Below are positions 47,186 through 57,156 of a stretch of 64,000 bases of DNA, piece by piece (the first letter of the stretch is position 1; each line of letters opens with the position of its first letter). The DNA comes from Candidatus Omnitrophota bacterium (lineage in GTDB: Bacteria > Hinthialibacterota > Hinthialibacteria > OLB16), in contig JACKFH010000012.1 of the NCBI GenBank assembly GCA_020632575.1, positions 1-64,000 of the forward strand, in the 5' to 3' direction. Position numbers and translations under genes: made by a program. The notes beneath the pieces were generated by a model. That model was not told the origin of the DNA. It saw only the letters and a program-made list of their open reading frames with translations, and ran no database searches.

Positions 47186-47212
47186 TCCGTTGAATCTTTG
47201 AAGGGAAACCCT

Positions 47213-48631
47213 ATGGCACGGAGCGTCATTTTGGGGGCGGGGGTGGCTGGGCTGGCGGCTGCTTACCATTTGCAGCGTCTCGGTGAAAAAGACCCCCTTG
47301 TCCTCGAGAAAAACCCATACCCCGGCGGCCTCGCCGCCACCATGGAATGGAACGGTTGCCGAATGGACCTCGGCCCTCACCGTATCCATACGGTCTACCC
47401 GCGCGCCGATGAACTGATCACCGAAATGGTCGGCGAGGACCTGATCGTCCGCAAACGGACCAGCCAGATCTTTCTCGATGGTCAGTGGATGGATTACCCC
47501 CCACGCGCCGGGGAGATGTTCCGAAAACTCGGCCTGCTCACCGCCGCGAAGATCGGCCTTTCCGCTCTTCAGGGCAAAGTTCGCGGTCTCAAGAACAAAG
47601 TCACCGGGAATCCCCCCGAAAGTTATGGGGACTACCTCGCTGAAAGGTTCGGCCCCTATGTCCGCGAACTCATCTTCGATCCGTTCGCCCTGAAGGTCTA
47701 TCGCGAGGAGGCGGATGACCTCGATGTCATGGTGGCCAAAGTGCGCCTCGCCAGCCAGGGGATATTCTCCATGCTCAAAGAGGCGATCACCGGGAAGACG
47801 GCGTCCGCAGTCAAGAAATTTCGGTATCCCAAACAGGGCATGGGATTGATTTCCGCCCGCCTCCAACAGCATATCGAGAAAGAGGGCGGGGAAGTCCTCC
47901 TCGGCCACGAGGCGACTCGAATCCGCCACACCGGCGGGCTGGTTCGATCCGTGGAATTCGAGGATCCCAATGGCGAGAAGATGTCGGTCGAGGCCTCGCG
48001 TGTCATCACCACGATCCCGCTACCCATCCTGGTCGACCTCCTTGAACCGAAACCGAACCAGGCTGTCCGAGACGCCGCGGAGAATCTCACCTACGCGGAC
48101 TCCTTTTTGGTCTACACCCTGGTCAACCGGAAACCATTGACCCCCAACTGCTGGATGTATTTCCCGGGGGATGAAACCGTCTTCAGCCGGGTCTATGAGA
48201 TCTGCCACTTCTCCCCCGAAATGACCCCGGAGGGCCAGAGCTGCCTCTGCGCCGAAATCCCCGCTCGGCCCGCCGATCCCGTTCAGTTCACCGATGAGGA
48301 GGACCTGAAACAGCGGGTTTGGGAGGGGTTTGTCGAGACCGGGATGGCGAGAGACGCCGAATGCATCGATCAGGTTGTCCTGAAAATCCCACGCGCCTAC
48401 CCGATCTACCGCAAGGGGTATAAGGAAGATCTCGGAACCATCCTCGAACACCTATCAACCCTCGGAAACCTAATTAGCACCGGACGCCATGGCCTCTTCC
48501 ACTACAACAACAGCGATCACAGCCTGGAAATGGGCCGTTTAGCCGCCGAATACGCCCGTCAAACCCCCGAAAAAAGCGAGGGTTGGTACAGTAAACGAGA
48601 TGAGTTTGACCGATACCGAATCGTGGATTAG
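47213..48631 (+). CDS. FAD-dependent oxidoreductase (amine-oxidase / protoporphyrinogen-oxidase / phytoene-desaturase-like superfamily)
   Basis: ATG at track 47198+15, after AGGGAA. N-terminal Rossmann motif VILGAGVAGLAAAY...LEKNPYPGG. Confidence 0.7.
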   Translation: MARSVILGAGVAGLAAAYHLQRLGEKDPLVLEKNPYPGGLAATMEWNGCRMDLGPHRIHTVYPRADELITEMVGEDLIVRKRTSQIFLDGQWMDYPPRAGEMFRKLGLLTAAKIGLSALQGKVRGLKNKVTGNPPESYGDYLAERFGPYVRELIFDPFALKVYREEADDLDVMVAKVRLASQGIFSMLKEAITGKTASAVKKFRYPKQGMGLISARLQQHIEKEGGEVLLGHEATRIRHTGGLVRSVEFEDPNGEKMSVEASRVITTIPLPILVDLLEPKPNQAVRDAAENLTYADSFLVYTLVNRKPLTPNCWMYFPGDETVFSRVYEICHFSPEMTPEGQSCLCAEIPARPADPVQFTDEEDLKQRVWEGFVETGMARDAECIDQVVLKIPRAYPIYRKGYKEDLGTILEHLSTLGNLISTGRHGLFHYNNSDHSLEMGRLAAEYARQTPEKSEGWYSKRDEFDRYRIVD

Positions 48632-48706
48632 ACTAAGCCTCGACGAAGGCATCCTATCGTCCCATTTTGATTGGGTTTATTGCTGAATCGATCATTTAGA
48701 ACCACC

Positions 48707-50141
48707 ATGCGCGGAAATGAAATCAAAACAGCTTTTCTAATTGTCCCCCCACGGGAAAAATCATCCGGGAGGAGCGCTGCCAGACCCCCATCGAGGGTCT
48801 GCACACAGTCGCCCTGCGCCCGCCGATGGACCTCCTCTACATGGCGGCGGTCCTCGAACAAAACGATGTGAAGTGCACACTCATCGACTACCCCGCTCAG
48901 GACAAGGATTGGGAGGATTTGGAGGAGGATCTCAAACGCCTTCGCCCCGACCTCTTCCTGATTTCAATCACCACCCCGACTCTCGACCGCGACCTCCGCG
49001 CCGGGAAACTGGCCAAGACAATTCGCCGTGACACCTTAGTCGGAGTCAAAGGCGCCCATTTCTGGCGGGATAACCCAAGAATTCTTCTCAAATACCCGAT
49101 GCTCGATTTCGCCATGATGGGCGAATATGAGGAAACCATCGGAGAGTTCGTCACCAAACCGGATTGGAAGGAAGTTCCGGGCCTCATCTACCGCGATCAG
49201 GGCGAGGTCCATTCGACCGGCAAACGGGAACTGGTCCAGAACCTGGACGACATCCCCTATCCCGCGCGTCATCTGATCAAAAATTCAGTTTACATCCGCC
49301 CGGATACGGGGGAACTCCAAACCACCATTGTCACAAACAGGGGCTGCCCCGAGAATGCGTCTTCTGCCTTGCCCCGCGTGTGAGCGGTCGCGAGAACCGC
49401 AGACGTTCCATCCCGAACATCATCGGTGAACTGGAAAACTGTGTGAAACAACACGGCATCCGCAATTTCCTATTCCGGTCTGACACCTTCACCCTCGATC
49501 CCGACTGGGTGATTCGCCTCTGCAATGGAATCCAACGCGCGGGCCTCGACATCAAATGGTCCTGCAACAGCCGGGTCGACACTCTGAGCGGAGAGGTCCT
49601 CCGGGCCATGAAGGATGCTGGCTGTTGGATCATCTCCTTCGGCATCGAGAGCGGCTCCCAAGAGGTGCTCGACCTCATGAAGAAGGGCATCACCAAGGAT
49701 CAGGTCCGCGCCGCCCTCAACCTCTGCCGGGTGGAGGGCATTCTCTCCTCCGTCTATTTCCTGATCGGCGTCCCCTGGGAGTCGGAAGAAACCTTTCGAG
49801 AGACCCTGGATTTCGCTCGTCAGATCGATCCGGATATCGTTGAGTTCTTCTATGCCTACCCCTTCGAGGGGACCGAAATGTATGTGACCGCCGCCAATGA
49901 GGGACTGATCGAGCGCGGCGATTTCCCCATCAGCGCCTACTCCAAACCGGCGATGCCCACCAAGCACCTGTCGATGGAGCGCCTGGAGGGGATGAGAAGC
50001 GAGGCTCTCAAGGATTTTTATTTGCGTTGGCCGGTGATCTCCCGTACCATAAGAAGGGCGAGATCGCCTAAAGTTTTTCTGAATTACGCTCGATTTGGGA
50101 TGGCGCAACTGACGGATCTGGTCACCACCCAAAGGAATTAA
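48707..50141 (+). pseudogene. B12-binding radical SAM enzyme, paralog 1, disrupted by two -1 frameshifts in poly-C tracts
   Basis: The N-terminus MRGNEIKTAFLIVPP (48707) continues in another frame as PTGKIIREERCQ...PPMDL after a C6 run (48745-48750; C7 expected). A second shift at a C4 run (49347-49350; C5 expected) splits TNRGCP | RECVFCLAP, the CxxxCxxC radical SAM motif. With both fixed, the product aligns end-to-end with paralogs 2 and 3. Confidence 0.6.
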
Positions 50142-50143
50142 AG

Positions 50144-51601
50144 TTGAAAATGAAAAGGCACAAAATCCTCCTGCTCAATCCCCCGGGGCAACACCGATAC
50201 ATCCGGGATTACTACTGCAGCCATATCTCGAAGGCGAACTATATCTGGCACCCCTACGATCTTTTTGTTCAAAGCGGGATTCTGGGCGAACAACACGATC
50301 TCGTCGCCTTCGACGCCAACATCGACAACACGACCCCCGAGCGCACGGCCCAGTACTTGAGCACGCTCGATTTCGACACCGTTTTGATGCTTTCCGGAGC
50401 CGTCTCCTGGAAGAGCGATCTCGGATTCGCCAAAAAGTATCTACAGGACAAGACGCTCATCGTCTCCGGCGACATCACCATCGCGAATGGGCGTGACTTG
50501 ATGGACCGGTATCCTTTCATCGACGCCACCCTCCAAGATTTCACCCAACCCGGAGTCCACCAATTCTTGGAGCAACTCGATGAAAATGGCGGCGGCCCCC
50601 TAAAAGGGAACACTCCCATCCAAGGCATCACCTATCGCAATTCCGACGGCGAATTCGTCGACGGGCCCGTTTATCCGGCCTACGGTCATTTCACACATCC
50701 CGCTCCGAAATACGAACTTTTCCCTTGGAAGAAATACCGGGTCCCCCATGCTCGCAAGGTTCCGTTCGCCTCGATGCTCACCGACTTCGGGTGCCCCTAT
50801 CACTGTAACTTTTGCATCACTGGAACATTTGGTTACCGCATGCGAGACCTCGATAATGTCGAGATGGAACTGAACTATCTGAAGACTCTTGGCATCGAGG
50901 ACATCTGGTTCAAGGATGTCGTCTTTGGAGTCAACAAACGGCACTATTACGGTCTCCTTGAACTCCTCAAGAAACCCGAACACAAGTTCCGCTGGGCGAC
51001 TCTCTCCCGTGTCGATGTGGTCACCGACGACATCTTGGTGAAGATGGCCGAGGCGGGTTGCCACACCATCCAATTCGGAGTCGAGAGCAGCGACCCCGAC
51101 ATCTTGGAGTCGATCGAAAAGGGAATCAGCCCCGAACGTGTCAAAGAGGTCTTTAATCTCTGCCGCAAACTCGGCATTCGGACCTTGGCGCATTTCATTA
51201 TCGGCCTGCCCGGAGAGACCATGGAGACCGCGAAGCGAACCATCGACTTCGCCCTCGACATCGACCCCGATTTCGCCTCCTTCAATGTGGCCTCGCCCCG
51301 AGTGGGGACGCCCTTACGGGATGAGGCCATCGAAAAAGGCTATATTTCGGACGAATTGACAGAACTCGATAACTCCATCACCTTTCCCACGATGGATTTG
51401 GGGACATTGTCCAAGGAGGATGTGTGGAGGTTGAGGAGCGAGGCGGTTCGCCGTTTCTATCTTCGTCCCTCTTACCTCTACCGCAGGCTCACCGGAGTTC
51501 GATCGTTCCGTGAGTTGACCAATTCGATTTTCGAAGGAACCAACTTGGTGGTGAATTCTCTGAATCCGAAACCCGACCCGGCGGAGATGGTTGAGGTTTG
51601 A
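50144..51601 (+). CDS. B12-binding domain radical SAM enzyme (class B), paralog 2
   Basis: N-terminal cobalamin-binding-like Rossmann domain (KILLLNPP...), then a radical SAM core with FGCPYHCNFC and an Elp3-type TIM barrel. 485 aa. Starts 3 nt after paralog 1. Confidence 0.75.
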   Translation: MKMKRHKILLLNPPGQHRYIRDYYCSHISKANYIWHPYDLFVQSGILGEQHDLVAFDANIDNTTPERTAQYLSTLDFDTVLMLSGAVSWKSDLGFAKKYLQDKTLIVSGDITIANGRDLMDRYPFIDATLQDFTQPGVHQFLEQLDENGGGPLKGNTPIQGITYRNSDGEFVDGPVYPAYGHFTHPAPKYELFPWKKYRVPHARKVPFASMLTDFGCPYHCNFCITGTFGYRMRDLDNVEMELNYLKTLGIEDIWFKDVVFGVNKRHYYGLLELLKKPEHKFRWATLSRVDVVTDDILVKMAEAGCHTIQFGVESSDPDILESIEKGISPERVKEVFNLCRKLGIRTLAHFIIGLPGETMETAKRTIDFALDIDPDFASFNVASPRVGTPLRDEAIEKGYISDELTELDNSITFPTMDLGTLSKEDVWRLRSEAVRRFYLRPSYLYRRLTGVRSFRELTNSIFEGTNLVVNSLNPKPDPAEMVEV

Positions 51602-51642
51602 TTGCCTCCATCGCCGTCTTGAACAACATCTCGAGGAATAGA

Positions 51643-53007
51643 ATGAACTGGAATTTTTGTCGTCATTATCGCTGTGTCTTAACCTGTCTTCTGCTGGCGC
51701 TTGTTGTCGGCTGCGGAAAGCCTTCGCCGGATGAGCTTCTGCAAGAAGGCATCGAACTCATGCGTCAACAAAACTTCGTCTCCGCGCGCCATCGGTTCCA
51801 AGAAATCGCCGACAACTATCCGGACTACGATCTTATTTCGACCGTCAAGTTGAATATCGCGGACTGTTACGCTCTCGATGGCCAGCTCGGCAAAGCGCGA
51901 ACCGGGTACGAGGAGGTGGCCGAGACTTACAAGGGTCAGTTTACCGCTCAGCTGGCCGAGGTCAGACTCGGAGACATGGCCAAACAAGAGGAGCGTTACG
52001 ATGACGCCGAGAGCCGATACCGTTCGGTCATCGCGGAATGCACCAATCCTCGTCTGCTTATGGACACTCGCCAAAACTTGGCCGATCTTTATGTGGTCAC
52101 AGAGCAGCTTCCCAAGGCGGTCGACGCTCTAAAGGAGATGGTGGACGCTTCCCCGGATTTTCCGAACAAACTCCGGACGACTCAAACCCTCGCGAATTTT
52201 CTCATCGCGAAAGGTTCGCCCGAACAAGCCTGGACCGCCATGCTTTCGATTCCCGAGGCGACCGGATTCGAGAGAGCGAAGGACGCCTATTATCTTTCGA
52301 TCCGTCAGACCGGCATCGCCACCAAGAAGTATGACAAGGCTTCTCAGTATTTTGACGATCTCCTTAAGAGCGCCACTGATGACGATGGAAAGGCGTTGGC
52401 GCTTTATAACAAAGCGTTGATTGCCACCGCCACGACTATCAGTCGGGCGACCGGGGTTCAAATGCTTGAGGATCTCGCCAAGGAATACCCGAAAACCCGT
52501 TGGGGACGTTGGGCGGAGGTTGACGCGGCCAAGACCATTATTACCGCCAGCGACGAGTTCGATAACCCGATGGATCTTGCGGGACAACTCCTTCGCGACG
52601 CCGAGGACAATTACGATGACATCATCGCTGACACCACGGTCGAATGGTTCGAGCCCGCCAAATCCGCCAATGCGCGCTTCCAAAAAGGGGTGATTCAGGT
52701 GATGCGGGGACAGCTCCTGGAGGATATCGATGACTTGAAATCCGCCAGCCAAACCTACGCAGAGATCATCGACCGATTTCAGACCATGCCCCAGATCGCC
52801 CAACAGGCCAACGCTTACCTCCAACAGATGGCCGCGATGGTCGATATGGCCGAGGCCAGCGGTGAGGAGTTTTGGGAACAACTTCGAATGATCCGCGCGG
52901 GCGTGGACCCCTTCGCCCAGAGCGCCACCGCCGAGGCCATTCTTCCGGGGGCGACCGAGGAAATCGCCGCCGAATCGATGCCGGCCACCGGGGAGTCGAA
53001 GGAGTAA
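51643..53007 (+). CDS. TPR-like repeat lipoprotein
   Basis: Lipoprotein signal with lipobox LLALVVGC (Met at 51643). Helical TPR-like repeats throughout. Sits between radical SAM paralogs 2 and 3. Confidence 0.55.
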   Translation: MNWNFCRHYRCVLTCLLLALVVGCGKPSPDELLQEGIELMRQQNFVSARHRFQEIADNYPDYDLISTVKLNIADCYALDGQLGKARTGYEEVAETYKGQFTAQLAEVRLGDMAKQEERYDDAESRYRSVIAECTNPRLLMDTRQNLADLYVVTEQLPKAVDALKEMVDASPDFPNKLRTTQTLANFLIAKGSPEQAWTAMLSIPEATGFERAKDAYYLSIRQTGIATKKYDKASQYFDDLLKSATDDDGKALALYNKALIATATTISRATGVQMLEDLAKEYPKTRWGRWAEVDAAKTIITASDEFDNPMDLAGQLLRDAEDNYDDIIADTTVEWFEPAKSANARFQKGVIQVMRGQLLEDIDDLKSASQTYAEIIDRFQTMPQIAQQANAYLQQMAAMVDMAEASGEEFWEQLRMIRAGVDPFAQSATAEAILPGATEEIAAESMPATGESKE

Positions 53008-53031
53008 GGGTTTCTCGAAGAATCAACCGCC

Positions 53032-54546
53032 ATGATGAAAGAAGTCGAAATCCTCCTGATTCAACCGCCTACCGGCTCGTACCGGCGCGATGACCGTTGT
53101 CAATCGCGGGTGGAGGATCAGACCATCCAAGTCAGTTTCCCCCCCATGGACCTTGCTCATCACGCGGCGGTGCTCGAGGAGGCCGGTTTCCAATGCGCGG
53201 TTCGAGACTATTCCACGGCGGGTGTCGGCGTTCGGACCGCGCTGGATGAGATTCGAGCGATGGCGCCGAGGTTGGTGTTCTTTTCCTCGACTCAGCCGAC
53301 CGAGCGAGATGATTTGGCTTTCTCGAAAAAGATCAAAGAGATATCCACCGAAACTAAGATAGTTCTCAGAGGGGAATCGGTCACTTTCCGGGACTCCCAG
53401 ATTCTGGAAGCGAATCCCCAAGTCGATTTCATCCTTCGTGGAGAATCCGAGGAGACTCTCCTCGATCTGTGTCACTCTCTTTTTCGAGATTCGGAAAAGG
53501 GAGTCGACGAGATTGCGGGCGTTTCTTTTCGGTCGGACCGTGAGATCGTCCGCACCGCGGACCGCCCGTTCATTAAAAACCTGAACAATCTCCCTTGGCC
53601 CGCGCGCCATCTTCTCGATCAATCGCTCTATCGGAGCCCCGAGACCGGGAATGTGTTGACGACTCTCTACACCGCGAGAGGCTGCCCCTACCCCTGCATT
53701 TTTTGTCCCGCCCCGATTGCTTCCGGTCGACCCGTTCGAATGAGAGATGTCCCCGATCTGATTCGTGAGATCCAGCACTGCGTTTCGGAGTACGGGATCT
53801 CCGAGTTTCTTTTTCACGGGGACACCTTCACCTACAAGAAGGCTTGGGTGCTGGAACTTTGCGACGCCATCCAAAAGGCCGGACTCAAAGTCCGCTGGGG
53901 GTGCAATAGCCGAGTCGACACGATCGACGAAGAGATGCTCTCCGCCATGAAAAAGGCGGGCTGTTGGGTGATTGGGTACGGAGTCGAAAGCGGCCACACC
54001 GAGACTCTGGACAAGATCCGCAAATATGTGGAAAGGGATAAGATCGTCAGCGCCTTTCAAATGACTCGTAAGGCGGGCATACGTTCCCATGCTTTCTTTG
54101 TCTTCGGATTTCCCTGGGAGAATTGGGAGCATCTCGAGGAGGACCGGAAACTAGCCTTGGAAATCGACCCGGACTTCTTCGACCTCAACATCGCCTATCC
54201 GCTCCCTGGCACCGACCTCGAAAAGATGGTCCAGGATCAAGGTCTCTACGATTCCAACCTGGTCGACCAAGGCGGTTATGCCGTCCCGGCCACTCGAACC
54301 GAGCACCTGAGCGCTGAGGAACTCGACGCTTGGAGGAAGAAGACCCTTCTCGCGCTGTATTTAAGACCGCGCTATATCCTCCGGACCCTCTTGCTCGCGG
54401 GATCGCCAAAGAAAACCTGGAATTATTTCAAGGCGGGAACCACTCGGTTTTTCCAACTCATTCGACCCCGGGAACATGCGGTTCCCGTGCGCAACCGTCC
54501 GGAACCCACTCCTCCGACTCCGAAACCGTCGGTCGAAAGTGTCTGA
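53032..54546 (+). CDS. B12-binding domain radical SAM enzyme (class B), paralog 3
   Basis: ILLIQPP N-terminus and an ARGCPYPCIFC cluster. Aligns along its whole length with paralogs 1 and 2. 504 aa. Confidence 0.75.
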   Translation: MMKEVEILLIQPPTGSYRRDDRCQSRVEDQTIQVSFPPMDLAHHAAVLEEAGFQCAVRDYSTAGVGVRTALDEIRAMAPRLVFFSSTQPTERDDLAFSKKIKEISTETKIVLRGESVTFRDSQILEANPQVDFILRGESEETLLDLCHSLFRDSEKGVDEIAGVSFRSDREIVRTADRPFIKNLNNLPWPARHLLDQSLYRSPETGNVLTTLYTARGCPYPCIFCPAPIASGRPVRMRDVPDLIREIQHCVSEYGISEFLFHGDTFTYKKAWVLELCDAIQKAGLKVRWGCNSRVDTIDEEMLSAMKKAGCWVIGYGVESGHTETLDKIRKYVERDKIVSAFQMTRKAGIRSHAFFVFGFPWENWEHLEEDRKLALEIDPDFFDLNIAYPLPGTDLEKMVQDQGLYDSNLVDQGGYAVPATRTEHLSAEELDAWRKKTLLALYLRPRYILRTLLLAGSPKKTWNYFKAGTTRFFQLIRPREHAVPVRNRPEPTPPTPKPSVESV

Positions 54547-54567
54547 CTTTTCATTCCTAAACGGATT

Positions 54568-55086
54568 TCAAGTTTCCAATTCGTAAACACCCGGTAAGTG
54601 GCGATACGCTTCGTTCAGGTCCATTCCGTACCCCACCACCCAGTTTTCTCCGATTTCAAAACCAACATAGTTCGGGAACAAACCAGTCCGTTGACGCGCT
54701 CCCTCTTTCACCAGAAGGAATACCCATTCTAAATTCGTGGGCTTCTGGTCCAAGAGAAACCGTTTGATCGCATTCGCGGTGTGCCCTTGGTCCAGGATTT
54801 CGTCGACCACCAGGATATCTCGCCCCTTCACATTGAGGGATCGGAAATGTTCGACACGCGATTGGGAGGACGCTTCCGTTCCCTCGATATAGGTGGCGAC
54901 TCGGATGAAATCGATTTCGTGAGGGATCGAAAGCGATCTCGAAAGGTCGGACAAGAAATGGACGGAGCCTTTCAAGACACCGAGAAGCAGGGGGTTCCTT
55001 CCCCGAAACTCTTTATCGATGGATTCGGACAGTGTCGCGATTCGATTCCGAATCTGTTCCTCGGACAAAATCGGTTTAAGAGTCAC
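54568..55086 (-). CDS. hpt: Hypoxanthine(-guanine) phosphoribosyltransferase
   Basis: PRTase motif ILVVDEILDQGHT and a typical Hpt length if started at the GTG at 55086 (VTLKPILSEEQIRNRI...). The track ORF extends further to 55218 without support. Confidence 0.65.
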   Translation of the reverse strand: MTLKPILSEEQIRNRIATLSESIDKEFRGRNPLLLGVLKGSVHFLSDLSRSLSIPHEIDFIRVATYIEGTEASSQSRVEHFRSLNVKGRDILVVDEILDQGHTANAIKRFLLDQKPTNLEWVFLLVKEGARQRTGLFPNYVGFEIGENWVVGYGMDLNEAYRHLPGVYELET

Positions 55087-55088
55087 AG

Positions 55089-55595
55089 TCAGCCAACCAC
55101 AGAGAAGGCGGGGTCCAGATCTGGGAATTGAATCATGCACCGGTATCCCAGACTTTGGGCCGCCTCGGGTTGGGGCATTCCATGTTCCGCGCAATCCCAG
55201 TGAAATCCGCCGTCCCAAAGCAGCATTTCATCGCCTTGCTCATTGACAGCGAAAATTTGAACGGTTCCACGGAAATCGCTGCATCCGCTCGTTGTGTTCG
55301 AGAGTTGGATCTTGTCCAGTTTGACTCCACGATTTTCGAGGGAATCCCGATTCTCGACCATCCTCTCAAGGGCATAAGTCAGAGTGCGTAGGAATTTACT
55401 GATGGGGCCTGAGCCCGAAAGGTGAGAGGCCCCCGTTTCCACGAGATGTTTGCGCGCGTCCAGCCAGTTACTGAATCCATCCATCTCTTCACGGATGCGC
55501 TGCAACTCCTGGCCAAGGCCGAGGGTGAGGAGTCCTTGGGTTTTGAGTGTGTCGAGATGAGTTCGAAAGGTTTCTCCAGTGATTCGTTCCACCAT
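55089..55595 (-). CDS. Hypothetical protein (168 aa), no recognisable domain
   Basis: Coding-like composition. Lies immediately upstream of hpt and divergent from pilC. Confidence 0.4.
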   Translation of the reverse strand: MVERITGETFRTHLDTLKTQGLLTLGLGQELQRIREEMDGFSNWLDARKHLVETGASHLSGSGPISKFLRTLTYALERMVENRDSLENRGVKLDKIQLSNTTSGCSDFRGTVQIFAVNEQGDEMLLWDGGFHWDCAEHGMPQPEAAQSLGYRCMIQFPDLDPAFSVVG

Positions 55596-55884
55596 GTGAA
55601 AATCGCTTCCTCCTATCTATGTGAGGGTTGAATCTATTATTTTCTAGTATCCGCAATTATTCTCCTGTGAAAAGGGGTTTGGTCGCTGGTGGGGGCCGCG
55701 GTCAAGTAAAGCGATGGGTCTGCGTCATAAAGGGATCTTCTATTTGACGGAACCGTGTCCACGGGCTAAACTTTTTTAAATGGGTTGTCCCGTCTGGTTG
55801 GATTGCCATAGGAGATCGCCCCGGTTTCAGCCGATTTCATTCGGTCTCGGGTCAAATCTAAAAAGCGAGGATTGCTAGAAGCCG

Positions 55885-57126
55885 ATGCCTGCATTTAGCT
55901 ATCGCGCGATGGATCGCGCTGGAAAAGAGATCAAGGGTCAGATCGAGGCCTCGACCGAAGAAGTCGTCATTGATCGACTGAGAGGGATGGGGTATTTCCC
56001 GACCGAGGTCAAGAAAGCCAAAGACAATCTCGGCGAGGTCAGCCTCGAAGAACTTCCAGGCATTAAACAATTCATGAAGGTCCTGACCCGGGGAAAGGTT
56101 CCCCTCAAGTCCCTCATGCCCTTCACCCGGCAGCTGGCGGTGCTGGTCGGCGCTGGATTGCCGCTTTTGAGGTCCCTTCGAATTCTTTCCGAACAGACCG
56201 AATCGGCCAACCTGAAAGAGGCGCTTATCGGAATTTCGGAGGAAATCGAGTCAGGCAACACGCTTTCCGAGGGGATGGCCAAATACCCCCGAGTCTTCGA
56301 CCGATTGTTTGTGAATATGATTCGAGCCGGCGAGATCGGCGGCGCTTTGGAGCAGGTACTCGAGCGATTGGCGATCTTTGCGGAAAAATCGGCGGCCATC
56401 CGTTCCAAAGTGAAATCTGCGATGTTTTACCCGGTGTTTGCGGGTCTGATCGCGGGCAGCCTGCTCATCGGTATCATGGGTTGGGTCGTCCCGAACTTCG
56501 TCGGCGTTTATGAGGAACTCGGCGCCGAACTCCCCGGTATGACGCAACTCCTGATCGACATCAGCGACACGATTACCCAGCGATACTGGGCTGTAATCAT
56601 GATTTTCGCCTTTTTCATCATCATCTGGAAAACCATGCGGCGGTACGATTGGGGGCTTTACGCCACCGATTCTTTTAAGCTGCGTCTGCCGATTTTTGGA
56701 AAAATCCTTCAAAAGGCCGCCATCGCCAAGTGGGCCCGCACCTTTGCGACCCTTCTCGAGGCGGGTGTGCCAATCCTCCAAACGCTCAGCATCGTCAAGG
56801 ACACCAGCGGTAACGAGGTGGTGGCTCGAGCGGTGCTCGAGGTTCATAACTCGATTAAAGAGGGTGAGACCATTTCAGACCCTCTCAAGAAGTACGCGAT
56901 TTTCCCGCCGCTTGTGACTCACATGGTTGCGGTCGGAGAGGAGACCGGTTCGATCGACACCATGTTGGTCAAGGTGGCGGAGTTCTATGAGCGTGAGGTG
57001 GACGATGCGGTCGATGGACTCTCCAAACTGATCGAGCCTCTGCTCATTGTGGTCCTTGGCGGTATCATCGGCTTCATCGTTATCGCCCTCTACCTGCCGG
57101 TGTTTAACCTGGTGAACGAGATCTGA
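55885..57126 (+). CDS. pilC: Type IV pilus / type II secretion platform protein (PilC/GspF family)
   Basis: 413 aa with the two-repeat T2SSF architecture (three TM helices) and conserved cytoplasmic GspF domains. Confidence 0.8.
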   Translation: MPAFSYRAMDRAGKEIKGQIEASTEEVVIDRLRGMGYFPTEVKKAKDNLGEVSLEELPGIKQFMKVLTRGKVPLKSLMPFTRQLAVLVGAGLPLLRSLRILSEQTESANLKEALIGISEEIESGNTLSEGMAKYPRVFDRLFVNMIRAGEIGGALEQVLERLAIFAEKSAAIRSKVKSAMFYPVFAGLIAGSLLIGIMGWVVPNFVGVYEELGAELPGMTQLLIDISDTITQRYWAVIMIFAFFIIIWKTMRRYDWGLYATDSFKLRLPIFGKILQKAAIAKWARTFATLLEAGVPILQTLSIVKDTSGNEVVARAVLEVHNSIKEGETISDPLKKYAIFPPLVTHMVAVGEETGSIDTMLVKVAEFYEREVDDAVDGLSKLIEPLLIVVLGGIIGFIVIALYLPVFNLVNEI

Positions 57127-57156
57127 TCGGCAGAGATCCGAGCGATAAATCGACTG

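Noticed and set aside
46990-47212. Cobalamin riboswitch upstream of the B12-dependent radical SAM cluster
   Set aside because: No B12 box (GCCACTG-like) and no conserved GGGAA/GGTG core elements. Cobalamin riboswitches also do not usually control B12-dependent enzymes.
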